Below, in pieces: positions 17,288 through 26,257 of a DNA stretch of 64,000 nt. Origin of the DNA: Acidimicrobiia bacterium (GTDB lineage Bacteria > Actinomycetota > Acidimicrobiia > Spongiisociales > UBA11373). The first letter of the stretch is position 1; each line of letters starts with the position of its first letter. The position numbers and the translations under genes were made by a program. The stretch covers positions 4,099-68,098 of the forward strand of contig JAFGCH010000071.1 in assembly GCA_016932695.1 (NCBI GenBank). Reading direction: 5' to 3'. Below the pieces are notes generated by a model. That model worked only from the letters and a program-made list of their open reading frames with translations. It was not told where the DNA came from and did no database searches.

Positions 17288-18988
17288 TTGAGAGCTAACG
17301 CCTTGCGGCGACTGCTCGTCCTGGCGGTGCTCCTCGCCTTCGTCGTCGCGGCCTGCGGTGACGACGAAGGGGGCGAGACCACCACGACGACCGCCGCGAC
17401 CACCACTACGGGTGGCGCCGCCAGCACGACGACGACGTCGTCCGGCGAGACCACCACCACCACGGAACCCTTCGTGATCGAACCCGGGCTCAGCGGGCTA
17501 CAGGTCGTCGACGATCTCACCTTCACGGTGACCATGGCCGGGGCCGATCCTGAGTTCCCCCTGAAGCTGGCGTACGCGGCCTACTTCCCCTTGCCCAAGG
17601 TCGCCTTCGACGATCCGGCAGCCTTTGAGGAGAGCCCCATCGGCAACGGCCCCTTCATGATGGACGGGCCGTGGGAGCACGATGTGGTCATCCCTATGAA
17701 GCGTTTCGAGGCCTATGCCGGGCCCGATCCGGCCCAGATCGAACGCCTCGAGTGGACCATCATCGACGACCTGAACACGGCTTATAACGAAGTCCGGGCG
17801 GGCAACCTGGACATCCTGGGGCCGGCCCTGCCTACCGATCAGATCGCCACCGCGGCTGCCGAGTTCGGCGACCGCTACGGCATGTCGTCGTCGACTTCGT
17901 TCACCTACATGGGATTCCCGCTGTACCTGCCCGAGTACCAGGACCCGGATGTGCGGCGGGCCCTGTCGATGGCCATCGACCGAGACCTGATCGTCGAGCA
18001 GATCTACGCCAACACCCGGGTGGCGGCGTTCTCGACCATCCCGCCGATCTTCCAGGGAGCCCGAGAGCACGTCTGCGACAACTGGGACTACAACCCCGAC
18101 GAGGCCAGGGCGCTCTGGGACTCCATCGACCACCCCGATTCGCTGATCGTCTGGTTCAACACCGGCGGCGGTCATGAGGAGTGGGTCGAGGCCGTGGCCA
18201 ACATGTGGCGCAACAACCTGGGAATCGAGGACATCACCTTCGAGAGCCTGGAGTTCTCGGAGTACAACCCGCTCCTCGACGCGCAGGGCGCCACCGGCCC
18301 GTTCCGTCTCGGCTGGGGTCAGGATTACCCCTCCCCGCTGAACTTCCTGGAGCCGCTGTACGCCTCGTACAACTTGCCCCCGATCGCCTCGAACAACACC
18401 TGGTACAACAGCCTGGCGTTCGACGACCTGATCGCCCAGGGCAAGGCGGCCGTGGCCGCTACCGGCAACCTGGCCGACGGCATCCCCTTCTACCAGCAGG
18501 CCGAAGACATCCTGTGCCAGGACGTCCCCGTGGCCCCGGTGTGGTTCCGGACCAACCAGTTCGTCTTCGCCGAGGGCATCGGCGACGTCCACTACGACTC
18601 GTACAGCGACCTCGGGGTGACCAAGGTCACCAGCGATGACGGCTTGGTGTCGGTCCAGCTGTCCGAGCCGGAGCACCTGTTCCCGACCACCTCGAACGAG
18701 TCGAACGGGATCCAGGCGCTGCGGGCGCTCTTCACCGGCCTCGTCCAGTACGACGCGGCGACGAACGAGATGTTCTTCGCCAACGCCGAGTCCATCACGT
18801 CCGAGGACGGCGGCCTCACCTGGACCGTCACTTTGAAGCCGGGGTGGACCTTCCACAACGGTGAGCCGGTGACCGCCTGGTCCTACGTGAATGCCTGGAA
18901 CTACGGCGCCGACCAGGCCAACGCCCAGCAGAACAACTCGTTCTACGCCGGGATCGCCGGCTACGACGAGCTGAACCCTGCCGGCTGA
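17288..18988 (+). CDS. ABC transporter substrate-binding lipoprotein, family 5 (Opp/Dpp-type), with an apparently circularly permuted domain order
   Basis: It has a signal peptide and lipobox (LAFVVAAC) followed by a Thr/Gly-rich linker. The N-terminal region matches the middle of OppA (FTVTMAGADPEFPLKLAYAAYFPLPK ~ TLEVTLSEPVPYFYKLLVHPSTSPVPK). The usual N-terminal signature (LFTGLVQYD...LTWTVTLKPGWTFHNGEPVTAWSYVNAW...YAGIAGYDEL) sits at the extreme C-terminus. Confidence 0.85.
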   Translation: MRANALRRLLVLAVLLAFVVAACGDDEGGETTTTTAATTTTGGAASTTTTSSGETTTTTEPFVIEPGLSGLQVVDDLTFTVTMAGADPEFPLKLAYAAYFPLPKVAFDDPAAFEESPIGNGPFMMDGPWEHDVVIPMKRFEAYAGPDPAQIERLEWTIIDDLNTAYNEVRAGNLDILGPALPTDQIATAAAEFGDRYGMSSSTSFTYMGFPLYLPEYQDPDVRRALSMAIDRDLIVEQIYANTRVAAFSTIPPIFQGAREHVCDNWDYNPDEARALWDSIDHPDSLIVWFNTGGGHEEWVEAVANMWRNNLGIEDITFESLEFSEYNPLLDAQGATGPFRLGWGQDYPSPLNFLEPLYASYNLPPIASNNTWYNSLAFDDLIAQGKAAVAATGNLADGIPFYQQAEDILCQDVPVAPVWFRTNQFVFAEGIGDVHYDSYSDLGVTKVTSDDGLVSVQLSEPEHLFPTTSNESNGIQALRALFTGLVQYDAATNEMFFANAESITSEDGGLTWTVTLKPGWTFHNGEPVTAWSYVNAWNYGADQANAQQNNSFYAGIAGYDELNPAG

Positions 18989-19105
18989 CCCATCCACCGG
19001 AGGAGTGGGGCGGCCCCTCCCGCCGCCCCACTCCCCAGACCGAAGCCGTGCTCTTGGAGAAGGTAGGGATCGTGTCCACCCAGCGAGGAAGACGGTAGGA
19101 AGGCC

Positions 19106-20029
19106 ATGGGCCGCTACCTGATTCGCCGCCTGCTGCAGTTCATCCCGGTCTTCTTCGGGGCGACCCTCCTGATCTTCATCATGGTGTGGGCCATCCCCGG
19201 GGATCCCATCGCCGCGCTGGCCGGGGACCGGGTGTTGCCCGAGCAGGTGGTCCAGCAGATCCGGGATCGGTACAACCTGGACGACCCCCTCATCGTGCAG
19301 TACGGCAAGTACATGGGCGGGGTCTTCCAGGGTGACTTCGGCGAGGACTTCCGGGGCCGGCCGGTCACCGATCTGCTCGGCCAGCGGCTCCCCATCACCG
19401 TGCGCCTGGCCTTGCTCGCCTTCGGCTTCGAAGTGGTGCTGGGAATCATCGCCGGCATCCTGGCCGGGGTGCGCAAGGGGGGCTTCGTCGACAACCTCGT
19501 CCTGATCTCCACCCTGGTGGTCATTGCCATACCGATATTCGTGCTGGGCTTCCTCGCCCAGCTATTACTGGGAGTGAGGTTCGGCTGGTTCCCGGTGTCG
19601 GGGGTGCAGCACGGCCTGTACAGCTACCTCCTCCCCGCCATGGTGCTGGGGTCGGTGTCGCTGGCCTACATCGCTCGGCTGACCCGCACCAGCCTCATCG
19701 AGAACCTGCGCGCCGACTACGTGCGCACCGCCACCGCCAAGGGCCTGTCGCGCCGGCGGGTGGTGGGCATCCACACCTTCCGTAACTCGATGATCCCGGT
19801 GGTCACTTTCCTGGCCATCGACCTGGGATCGCTGATGGGCGGGGCCATCATCACCGAGACCATCTTCAACATCCCCGGCCTGGGCCGGGCCGTCTTCGAG
19901 GGGGTGCAGCGGCAGGAGGGCACCGTGGTGGTGGGCATCGTCACCTTCCTGGTCCTGGTGTACATGATGGCCAACCTGCTCGTCGATGTTCTGTACGCCG
20001 TGCTCGACCCGAGGATCCGCTATGAGTGA
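19106..20029 (+). CDS. ABC transporter permease (OppB/DppB-like)
   Basis: MGRYLIRRLLQFIPVFFGATLLIFIMVWAIPGDP is the canonical OppB N-terminus. It is 307 aa. Confidence 0.9.
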   Translation: MGRYLIRRLLQFIPVFFGATLLIFIMVWAIPGDPIAALAGDRVLPEQVVQQIRDRYNLDDPLIVQYGKYMGGVFQGDFGEDFRGRPVTDLLGQRLPITVRLALLAFGFEVVLGIIAGILAGVRKGGFVDNLVLISTLVVIAIPIFVLGFLAQLLLGVRFGWFPVSGVQHGLYSYLLPAMVLGSVSLAYIARLTRTSLIENLRADYVRTATAKGLSRRRVVGIHTFRNSMIPVVTFLAIDLGSLMGGAIITETIFNIPGLGRAVFEGVQRQEGTVVVGIVTFLVLVYMMANLLVDVLYAVLDPRIRYE

Positions 20030-20963
20030 CCGCGACCGCGAGCGCTTGTTCACCAGTTCGCCGGCCCCCGTGGTCGCCTCCTTCGAGGAGCTCGAAGCCG
20101 AGCCGATCATCCGGCGAGAGGGCAGCCTGTACGCCGATGCCTGGCGCCAGTTGCGCCGGCGGCCCATGTTCATCATCTCCGGAGTCCTGATCGTCATCCT
20201 GGCGGTGATGGCCATCTGGCCGGGCCTGTTCACCCGGGCCGACCCCCGGGCCTGCAACCTGGCCGATTCCCTCCTGAGGCCGAGCAGCGAGCACTGGTTT
20301 GGCACCGATGTGCAGGGCTGCGACTACTACGCCCGCACCATCTGGGGGGCCCGGGTTTCGATCACCATCGGAGTGTTGGTCACCGCCTGCTCCACCTTGA
20401 TCGCTGTGCTGCTGGGCTCCATGGCCGGGTACTACGGAGGCTGGGTGGACACGGTGATCGCCCGCCTCACCGACATCTGGTTCGCCATCCCCACCATCCT
20501 CGGCGGCATCGTGATCCTGCGGTCGGTCTTCTCCACCCGGGGCCTGCTGCAGGTGAGTCTGGTGCTCATCGTGCTCGGCTGGCCCACCATGCTGCGCCTG
20601 GTGCGCTCGGCGGTGATGGCCACCAAGGAGATGGACTACGTCGATGCCGCCCGGGCGCTGGGGGTGCGCAACTTCCGCATCATCCGACGCCACATCCTGC
20701 CCAATGCGGTGGCGCCGGTCATCGTATACGCCACCATCACGGTGGGGGTGATCATCTCGGCCGAGGCGGCGCTCTCCTTCCTCGGTGTGGGCCTGCAGCT
20801 CCCGGCCATCTCCTGGGGCCTGATGATCAGCGTGGCTCAGAACCGCATCCTCACCGCCCCCCACCTGCTGCTCTTCCCGGGAGCCTTCCTCTCGGTGACC
20901 GTGTTCTCCTTCATCCTGATGGGCGACGCCCTGCGGGACGCCCTCGACCCGAGGTTGCGCTGA
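20022..20963 (+). CDS. ABC transporter permease (OppC/DppC-like)
   Basis: The product from MSDRDRERLF is a typical OppC TMD. ATG at 20022 overlaps the previous stop by 8 nt. The 5' extension of the listed ORF is unlikely. Confidence 0.9.
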   Translation: MSDRDRERLFTSSPAPVVASFEELEAEPIIRREGSLYADAWRQLRRRPMFIISGVLIVILAVMAIWPGLFTRADPRACNLADSLLRPSSEHWFGTDVQGCDYYARTIWGARVSITIGVLVTACSTLIAVLLGSMAGYYGGWVDTVIARLTDIWFAIPTILGGIVILRSVFSTRGLLQVSLVLIVLGWPTMLRLVRSAVMATKEMDYVDAARALGVRNFRIIRRHILPNAVAPVIVYATITVGVIISAEAALSFLGVGLQLPAISWGLMISVAQNRILTAPHLLLFPGAFLSVTVFSFILMGDALRDALDPRLR

Positions 20964-22006
20964 TGGCCACCACCCTGAGCCGAGATGCCGTCGCCGGCCG
21001 GCCCGTCGACCCGGCGGCCCCCCTGCTGGTGGTCGAAGACCTGCACGTCGAGTTCCGCATCGAAGCTGGCACGGTGCGGGCCGTCAATGGCCTCTCTTAC
21101 ACCCTGCGGCGAGGGGAGACCGTGGCCATCCTGGGGGAGTCGGGGAGCGGCAAGAGCGTGAGCGCCCAGGCGGTGATGGGCATCATCGACAGCCCGCCCG
21201 GTTTCGTGACCGGGGGCTCGGTGCGTTTTCGCGGGGTGGAGTTGCTCGACCTGTCCGAGGCGGACCGACGCCGGGTACGGGGCGACCGGATCGCCATGAT
21301 CTTCCAGGACGCCCTGACCGCCCTGAACCCGGTGTTCCCGGTCGGATGGCAGATAGCCGAGATGTTCCGCATGCACCGCGGAGTGCCCCGCAAGGAAGCC
21401 CGGGAGAAGGCCATCGAGTTGATGGAGAGGGTCAAGATCCCCTCGGCGCGCACCCGGGCCGGGTCTTACCCCCACGAGTTCTCCGGCGGCATGCGCCAGC
21501 GGGTGATGATCGCCATGGCGCTCTCTCTCGACCCCGAGATCCTCATCGCCGACGAGCCCACCACGGCCCTCGACGTCACGGTACAGGCGCAGATCATGGC
21601 CCTGCTGGCCGAATTGCAGCAGCAGACGGGCATGGGCCTCATCCTCATCACCCACGACCTGGGGGTGGTGGCCGAGGTGGCCGATCAGGTGGTGGTGATG
21701 TACGCCGGGCGGGAGGTGGAGAAGGGGCCCAGCCTGCCCGTGTACCACCGGCCGGCGCACCCCTACACCCTGGGCCTCATGGACTCTCTGCCCCGCCGCG
21801 ACGTGCATACCGAGCGGCTGCGTCCCATCAAGGGCTCGCCTCCCGACCTGCTGGCCATCCCGCCGGGCTGCCCCTTCCGGCCCCGTTGCCCGTACGCGCG
21901 CGACATCTGCGCCGCCGAGGAGCCGCCGCTGGCCGCGGTGACCTCCGAGCACGTTTCCGCTTGCCATTTCTGGGAGGAGGTGTCCCGTGAGCGCGCCGGC
22001 GCCTGA
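20963..22006 (+). CDS. ABC transporter ATP-binding protein (OppD-like)
   Basis: It carries Walker A (GESGSGKS), the LSGGMRQR signature and a C-terminal oligopeptide-ABC extension with Cys. Confidence 0.9.
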   Translation: MATTLSRDAVAGRPVDPAAPLLVVEDLHVEFRIEAGTVRAVNGLSYTLRRGETVAILGESGSGKSVSAQAVMGIIDSPPGFVTGGSVRFRGVELLDLSEADRRRVRGDRIAMIFQDALTALNPVFPVGWQIAEMFRMHRGVPRKEAREKAIELMERVKIPSARTRAGSYPHEFSGGMRQRVMIAMALSLDPEILIADEPTTALDVTVQAQIMALLAELQQQTGMGLILITHDLGVVAEVADQVVVMYAGREVEKGPSLPVYHRPAHPYTLGLMDSLPRRDVHTERLRPIKGSPPDLLAIPPGCPFRPRCPYARDICAAEEPPLAAVTSEHVSACHFWEEVSRERAGA

Positions 22007-23018
22007 TCCCATTCGCCACGGCGAGGTGGTGCTCCGGGTGGAGCACCTGGTCAAGTACTTCCCTATCACCCGGGGCATCGTCTTCAAGCGCCAGATTGGC
22101 ACGGTCAAGGCGGTCGACGACGTCAGCTTCGAGTTGCACGAGGGCGAGACCCTGGGCCTGGTGGGGGAGTCGGGCTGCGGCAAGACGACCACCGCCCGCA
22201 CCATCCTCCGCCTCGAGAAGGCCACCAGCGGGCACGCCTGGTATCGGGGGCGGGACATCTTCACCCTCTCCGGGAAGGAGATGCGCGAGTTGCGGCGCGA
22301 GATCCAGGTGATCTTCCAGGACCCCTACGCCTCGCTGAACCCCCGCATGACGGTGGGTGACATCATCGGAGAGGGATGGCGGGTGCACCCAGGAGTGATG
22401 CCCAAGAACCGCCGCCGGGCTCGCATCCACGAGCTGCTGGAGCTGGTGGGCCTCAACCCGGACCACATCAACCGCTACCCCCATCAGTTCTCCGGGGGCC
22501 AGCGCCAGCGCATCGGGGTGGCCCGGGCACTGGCCCTGGAGCCCAAGATCGTCATCTGCGATGAGCCCGTGTCGGCGCTCGACGTGTCGGTGCAGGCCCA
22601 GGTGGTGAACCTGCTCGAAGACCTGCAGGATGAGCTCGGCCTGTCGTACCTGTTCATCGCCCACGACCTCTCGGTGGTGCGCCACATCTGTGATCGCATC
22701 GCGGTGATGTACCTGGGCAAGATCGCGGAGACCGGGGACGAGTATCAGGTGTACGACAACACCGCTCACCCCTACACCACGGCCCTCCTGTCGGCGGTGC
22801 CCATTCCCGACCCGGCGGCGCGCCACCTGGGCAGGCGGATCCTGCTCGAAGGCGATGTGCCCAGCCCGGCCGATCCGCTCAGCGGCTGCCGCTTCCGTAC
22901 CCGCTGCTGGAAGGCGCAAGGGGTCTGCGCGCAGACGGAGCCGGAACTGATCGACCGGGGCCAGGGCCACCCGGTGGCTTGCCACTTCGCCCAGGTGGAG
23001 TTCGACCCGGCGCGCTAG
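21987..23018 (+). CDS. ABC transporter ATP-binding protein (OppF-like)
   Basis: It carries Walker A (GESGCGKTT) and FSGGQRQR, and overlaps the upstream ATPase gene. Confidence 0.9.
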   Translation: MSAPAPDPIRHGEVVLRVEHLVKYFPITRGIVFKRQIGTVKAVDDVSFELHEGETLGLVGESGCGKTTTARTILRLEKATSGHAWYRGRDIFTLSGKEMRELRREIQVIFQDPYASLNPRMTVGDIIGEGWRVHPGVMPKNRRRARIHELLELVGLNPDHINRYPHQFSGGQRQRIGVARALALEPKIVICDEPVSALDVSVQAQVVNLLEDLQDELGLSYLFIAHDLSVVRHICDRIAVMYLGKIAETGDEYQVYDNTAHPYTTALLSAVPIPDPAARHLGRRILLEGDVPSPADPLSGCRFRTRCWKAQGVCAQTEPELIDRGQGHPVACHFAQVEFDPAR

Positions 23019-23029
23019 GCGGGGGGCCT

Positions 23030-23521
23030 TCACCCGTGCCGGGTCATCCACAGGGCGGTGGGCCGGGACTCGGGCTCGCCCACCCGCCGCAGGTAGGCCT
23101 CCGAAAGCAGGGGCGAGGAGATCATGAAGTCGGCGGACGCCCGGTTGCAGGCCACCGGGATGTTGTAGACCACGGCGATGCGCAGCAGGGCCTTCACGTC
23201 GACATCGTGGGGATGAGGCTCGAGTGGGTCCCAGAAGAAGATGAGCAGATCGAGGTCGCCTTCGGCGATCTTCGCTCCCACCTGCTGGTCTCCTCCGAGG
23301 GGCCCGCTGCGGAACCGCGTGATCTCCAGCCCGAGCACTTCGGCGAGGAGGGCTCCGGTGGTCCCGGTGGCGCTCAGGTTGTGGCCGGCGAGGAGGTCGC
23401 GGTTGAATCTCGCCCATTCGACCAGGTCGCGCTTGCGGTTGTCGTGGGCGATCAGGGCGATGTGCTTGCAGGGGCCCATGGGCAGCCCGGTGGTGTCGGT
23501 GGTGGTGGTCTCGGTGAGCAT
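23030..23521 (-). CDS. mgsA: methylglyoxal synthase
   Basis: [12 protein letters not shown]...TGTTG...[53 protein letters not shown] aligns closely with E. coli MgsA. Confidence 0.85.
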   Translation of the reverse strand: MLTETTTTDTTGLPMGPCKHIALIAHDNRKRDLVEWARFNRDLLAGHNLSATGTTGALLAEVLGLEITRFRSGPLGGDQQVGAKIAEGDLDLLIFFWDPLEPHPHDVDVKALLRIAVVYNIPVACNRASADFMISSPLLSEAYLRRVGEPESRPTALWMTRHG

Positions 23522-23675
23522 GGATTGCCTCCCGGACGCGTGGGATCCCCAAATGGATCTGGGGGGATGGGGGGAGGCTACGCCCGGCCCGGAGGCACTG
23601 TGGCCGCCTCATGAGAAGCGTCCTCAGGGTGGGGTGGGAGCTGCCACGGCGCCGGGTCGGTAGGCTCGGGCCGCT

Positions 23676-24677
23676 ATGACTGGCGACTGGGCCTTCCTGG
23701 CCGAACCGCCCGCCATCCCGGGTCTCGTGCTGCGTCCCTTCCGCGGCGAGGAGGACTTCCCGGCGATGCGCCGGGTGAAGCTCGCCGCCGAGTCCGCCGA
23801 CGGGGTGGATCAGCCGGTCACCCTGGAGGACTTTGCCCACGTGTACCGGCACTTGGAGAACTGCGACCCGGCCACCGACATGGTCATGGCCGAGATCGAC
23901 GGGGAGTTGGTGGCCTACGGGCGGGTGTTCTGGTGGGAGGAGTACGCCGGTGCCCGACGCTACGCCCCCTTCTGCTTCGTGGCCCCCGAAGGGCGCGACC
24001 GGGGCTTGGGCTCGGCTCTCTTGGCTCACAACGAGGGCCGGCTGCGGGCGATCGCCGTCGGGCATCCGGCGGGGGAGAAGACCCTCGAGGTAGCCCAGAA
24101 CGATGCCGAGGAGGGGGCGGCGGCCCTGTACGCCGCCGCCGGGTACCGGGCGGTGCTCCATGGGGCCGACATGGTGCGGCCCGACCTGGAAGACATCCCG
24201 GAGGCCCCGCTCCCGGCCGGCCTGGTGGTGCGCCCTCCACGGGCCGACGAACTCCGCAAGGTGTGGGAGGCGGACCAGGAGGCCTTTCGCGATCACCTGG
24301 GGGCGGCCCCGCAGGGCGAGGAGGCCTTCGCTGCCTTCCTCGACTTCCCTTACCACGATCCCTCGCTGTGGCGGGTGGCCTGGGACGGGGACGAGGTGGC
24401 CGGCCAGGTGCGCAGCTACATCAACAGAGCGGAGAACGAGGCCACCGGCCGCAAGCGGGGCTACACGGAGAACATCTCGGTTCGGCGTCCCTATCGGCGC
24501 CGCGGCCTGGCCCGGGCGCTGCTGGTGCAGAGCCTGCAGGCGGTCGAAGAGCGCGGCATGGCGGAGGCGGCCCTGGGGGTGCAGACTGAGAACGTGCACG
24601 GCGCCTTCCGCCTGTACGAGAGCGTGGGCTTCCGGGTGGTGCGCTCCTGGACCATTCGGCGCAAGCCGCTGGGGTGA
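23676..24677 (+). CDS. tandem-GNAT N-acetyltransferase (MshD/mycothiol synthase-like architecture)
   Basis: The protein is 333 aa with two acetyltransferase-like halves. The second carries RRRGLARALLVQSLQAVEERG. Confidence 0.65.
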   Translation: MTGDWAFLAEPPAIPGLVLRPFRGEEDFPAMRRVKLAAESADGVDQPVTLEDFAHVYRHLENCDPATDMVMAEIDGELVAYGRVFWWEEYAGARRYAPFCFVAPEGRDRGLGSALLAHNEGRLRAIAVGHPAGEKTLEVAQNDAEEGAAALYAAAGYRAVLHGADMVRPDLEDIPEAPLPAGLVVRPPRADELRKVWEADQEAFRDHLGAAPQGEEAFAAFLDFPYHDPSLWRVAWDGDEVAGQVRSYINRAENEATGRKRGYTENISVRRPYRRRGLARALLVQSLQAVEERGMAEAALGVQTENVHGAFRLYESVGFRVVRSWTIRRKPLG

Positions 24678-24726
24678 GCCGCCTCGGGCCGGGAAGCGAG
24701 TCGGTGCCTTCGGCTACGCTGCCGGG

Positions 24727-25128
24727 ATGGCGACCACTGCTCGTACCCCCAACCCGGCCGATCGGTTCCATGAGGTGCTCGAGGCTTGCGCTCCGTACGT
24801 CGCCGGGGCCTTCGACCTCTCCGACCGGGGCGGGCCCGAGTACACCGTGGTGGTCCGGGGGCGTTCGGCCACCCACGTGCGCAAGCTGGCGCGCCGGGTG
24901 GGCGAGTTGATCGGGGTGCGTCCCGAGGGTGAGGCTCCCGACGGCAGCGAGCCCTGGCTGGTAGTCGACGGGGGCGACGTGGTGGCCCACCTGTTGACCG
25001 ACGCTTCTCTGCAGCGCTACGGCCTGGTGGAGTGGTTCGGGTCGGGGGCCGAGGCGCCGGCCGACGTGTTCGTCACGGCGATGATCGAGCGGGCGCACCT
25101 CTTGCAGCAGGGGCGCCGCTCCGCCTGA
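24727..25128 (+). CDS. rsfS: ribosome silencing factor RsfS (Iojap)
   Basis: The last 133 aa of ORF 24103..25128 read ...EYTVVVRGRSATHVRKLARRV...EPWLVVDGGDVVAHLLTDASLQRYGLVEWFG. ATG is at 24727. Confidence 0.8.
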   Translation: MATTARTPNPADRFHEVLEACAPYVAGAFDLSDRGGPEYTVVVRGRSATHVRKLARRVGELIGVRPEGEAPDGSEPWLVVDGGDVVAHLLTDASLQRYGLVEWFGSGAEAPADVFVTAMIERAHLLQQGRRSA

Positions 25129-25149
25129 GCCCCGGGTCGCCGGCCCGGC

Positions 25150-26166
25150 TCAGGCGTGAAGCTCGAGGACGTCGCCGTCCTCCAGCAAGTGATCGCGTCC
25201 CACTTGCACCCCCTCCGTGCCGCGGCGGTTCCATAACCGGGCATGCTTCAAGCCGCCGGCCACCTCCTTGTGAACCATGGCCGCCACGTCGTGCACCGTC
25301 TGCCCGCGGCGCACGGTGTAAGGCCGGCTGAGGTCGGCCGGGTGGTGGGGAACCTTGGTGTAGACCCGCACCACCCCCAGCTCTCGGAAGAGCCAGGGGC
25401 CTATTTCGCCCAGTCCGGCTCCGGTGGTCGCCGAGACCGCCAGCACCGGGTAGTGCAAGCCGGTCAGCTCGGTGAAGACGGCGAGTTCGCCCTCCAGGTC
25501 GGTGAGCAGGTCCGCCTTGGCAGCGATGAGAGCGGTGGGGAGGCGGATGGCGAAGGGGTCCTCGTCGTCGTGCAGGTCTGGGGGCATACCGCGGGGCCAC
25601 GAGGGCAGTAGGTGCACCCGGCGGCCCTGAAGCAGTCCGCGCAGGTGGGCGACCTGATCCACACAGGACGGGTCGGAGAGATCCACCACCAGAAAGGCCC
25701 CGTCGGCCGGCTGTAGGGCGTTGGCCATCCAGGGCACCGGATGCTCGGCGGTCACCGGGGGTAGGTCGACCAGCTGGAAGGCGACGTCCTCGAAGGGCAG
25801 CATCCCCGGCTGGGGGTACTGGGTGGTGAAAGGGTAGGGACCGACCGGGGCATGGGAGCCGGTCAGGGCATGGTGCAGGCTCGACTTGCCCGAGTTGGGG
25901 GGGCCCAGCAGAGCGATCTGCGCCGTGCCCTCCGGACGGATCACCGTCGGCGGGCCGGTGCGGGCCGCTCCCCGTCGGGCCGCCGTCAGCTCGTCGGTCA
26001 GCTCGGCGATGCGGCTCTTGATGTCGGCCTGGAGGTGATCGGTCCCCTTGTGCTTGGGGATGGTGCGCAGCATCTCCCGCAGGCACTCCAGTTTCTCCCG
26101 CGGCTCCCGGGCGGCGCGGTAGGCCGCCTCGGCGGCCTTGTACTCGGGGCTCAGGTTGGCCGGCAT
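25150..26166 (-). CDS. Obg-like GTPase of the DRG/Rbg type with C-terminal TGS domain
   Basis: It has a coiled N-terminus, the G1 motif (LLGPPNSGKSSL), an FTT G2 motif and a DLPP G3 motif. The C-terminal VRVYTKVPHHPADLSRPYTVRRGQTVHDVAAMVHKEV...DGDVLELH is TGS-like. Confidence 0.75.
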   Translation of the reverse strand: MPANLSPEYKAAEAAYRAAREPREKLECLREMLRTIPKHKGTDHLQADIKSRIAELTDELTAARRGAARTGPPTVIRPEGTAQIALLGPPNSGKSSLHHALTGSHAPVGPYPFTTQYPQPGMLPFEDVAFQLVDLPPVTAEHPVPWMANALQPADGAFLVVDLSDPSCVDQVAHLRGLLQGRRVHLLPSWPRGMPPDLHDDEDPFAIRLPTALIAAKADLLTDLEGELAVFTELTGLHYPVLAVSATTGAGLGEIGPWLFRELGVVRVYTKVPHHPADLSRPYTVRRGQTVHDVAAMVHKEVAGGLKHARLWNRRGTEGVQVGRDHLLEDGDVLELHA

Positions 26167-26232
26167 CGCCTTGGGGTCGGGGGCGCGGCACCCATGTTGG
26201 TCGATTCGGGCCGAGGCGGCGACACGGCGGGA

Positions 26233-26257
26233 GGAAAACGGGCCGGGGCGGCCCGGC
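26233..26257 (-). terminator. intrinsic terminator-like hairpin (CGGGCCG-CCC-CGGCCCG followed by UUUUCC) immediately downstream of the HD-GYP gene
   Basis: I read this 7-bp GC stem with a 3-nt loop and a T tract on the minus strand, 2 nt after the TGA at 26258. Confidence 0.45.
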
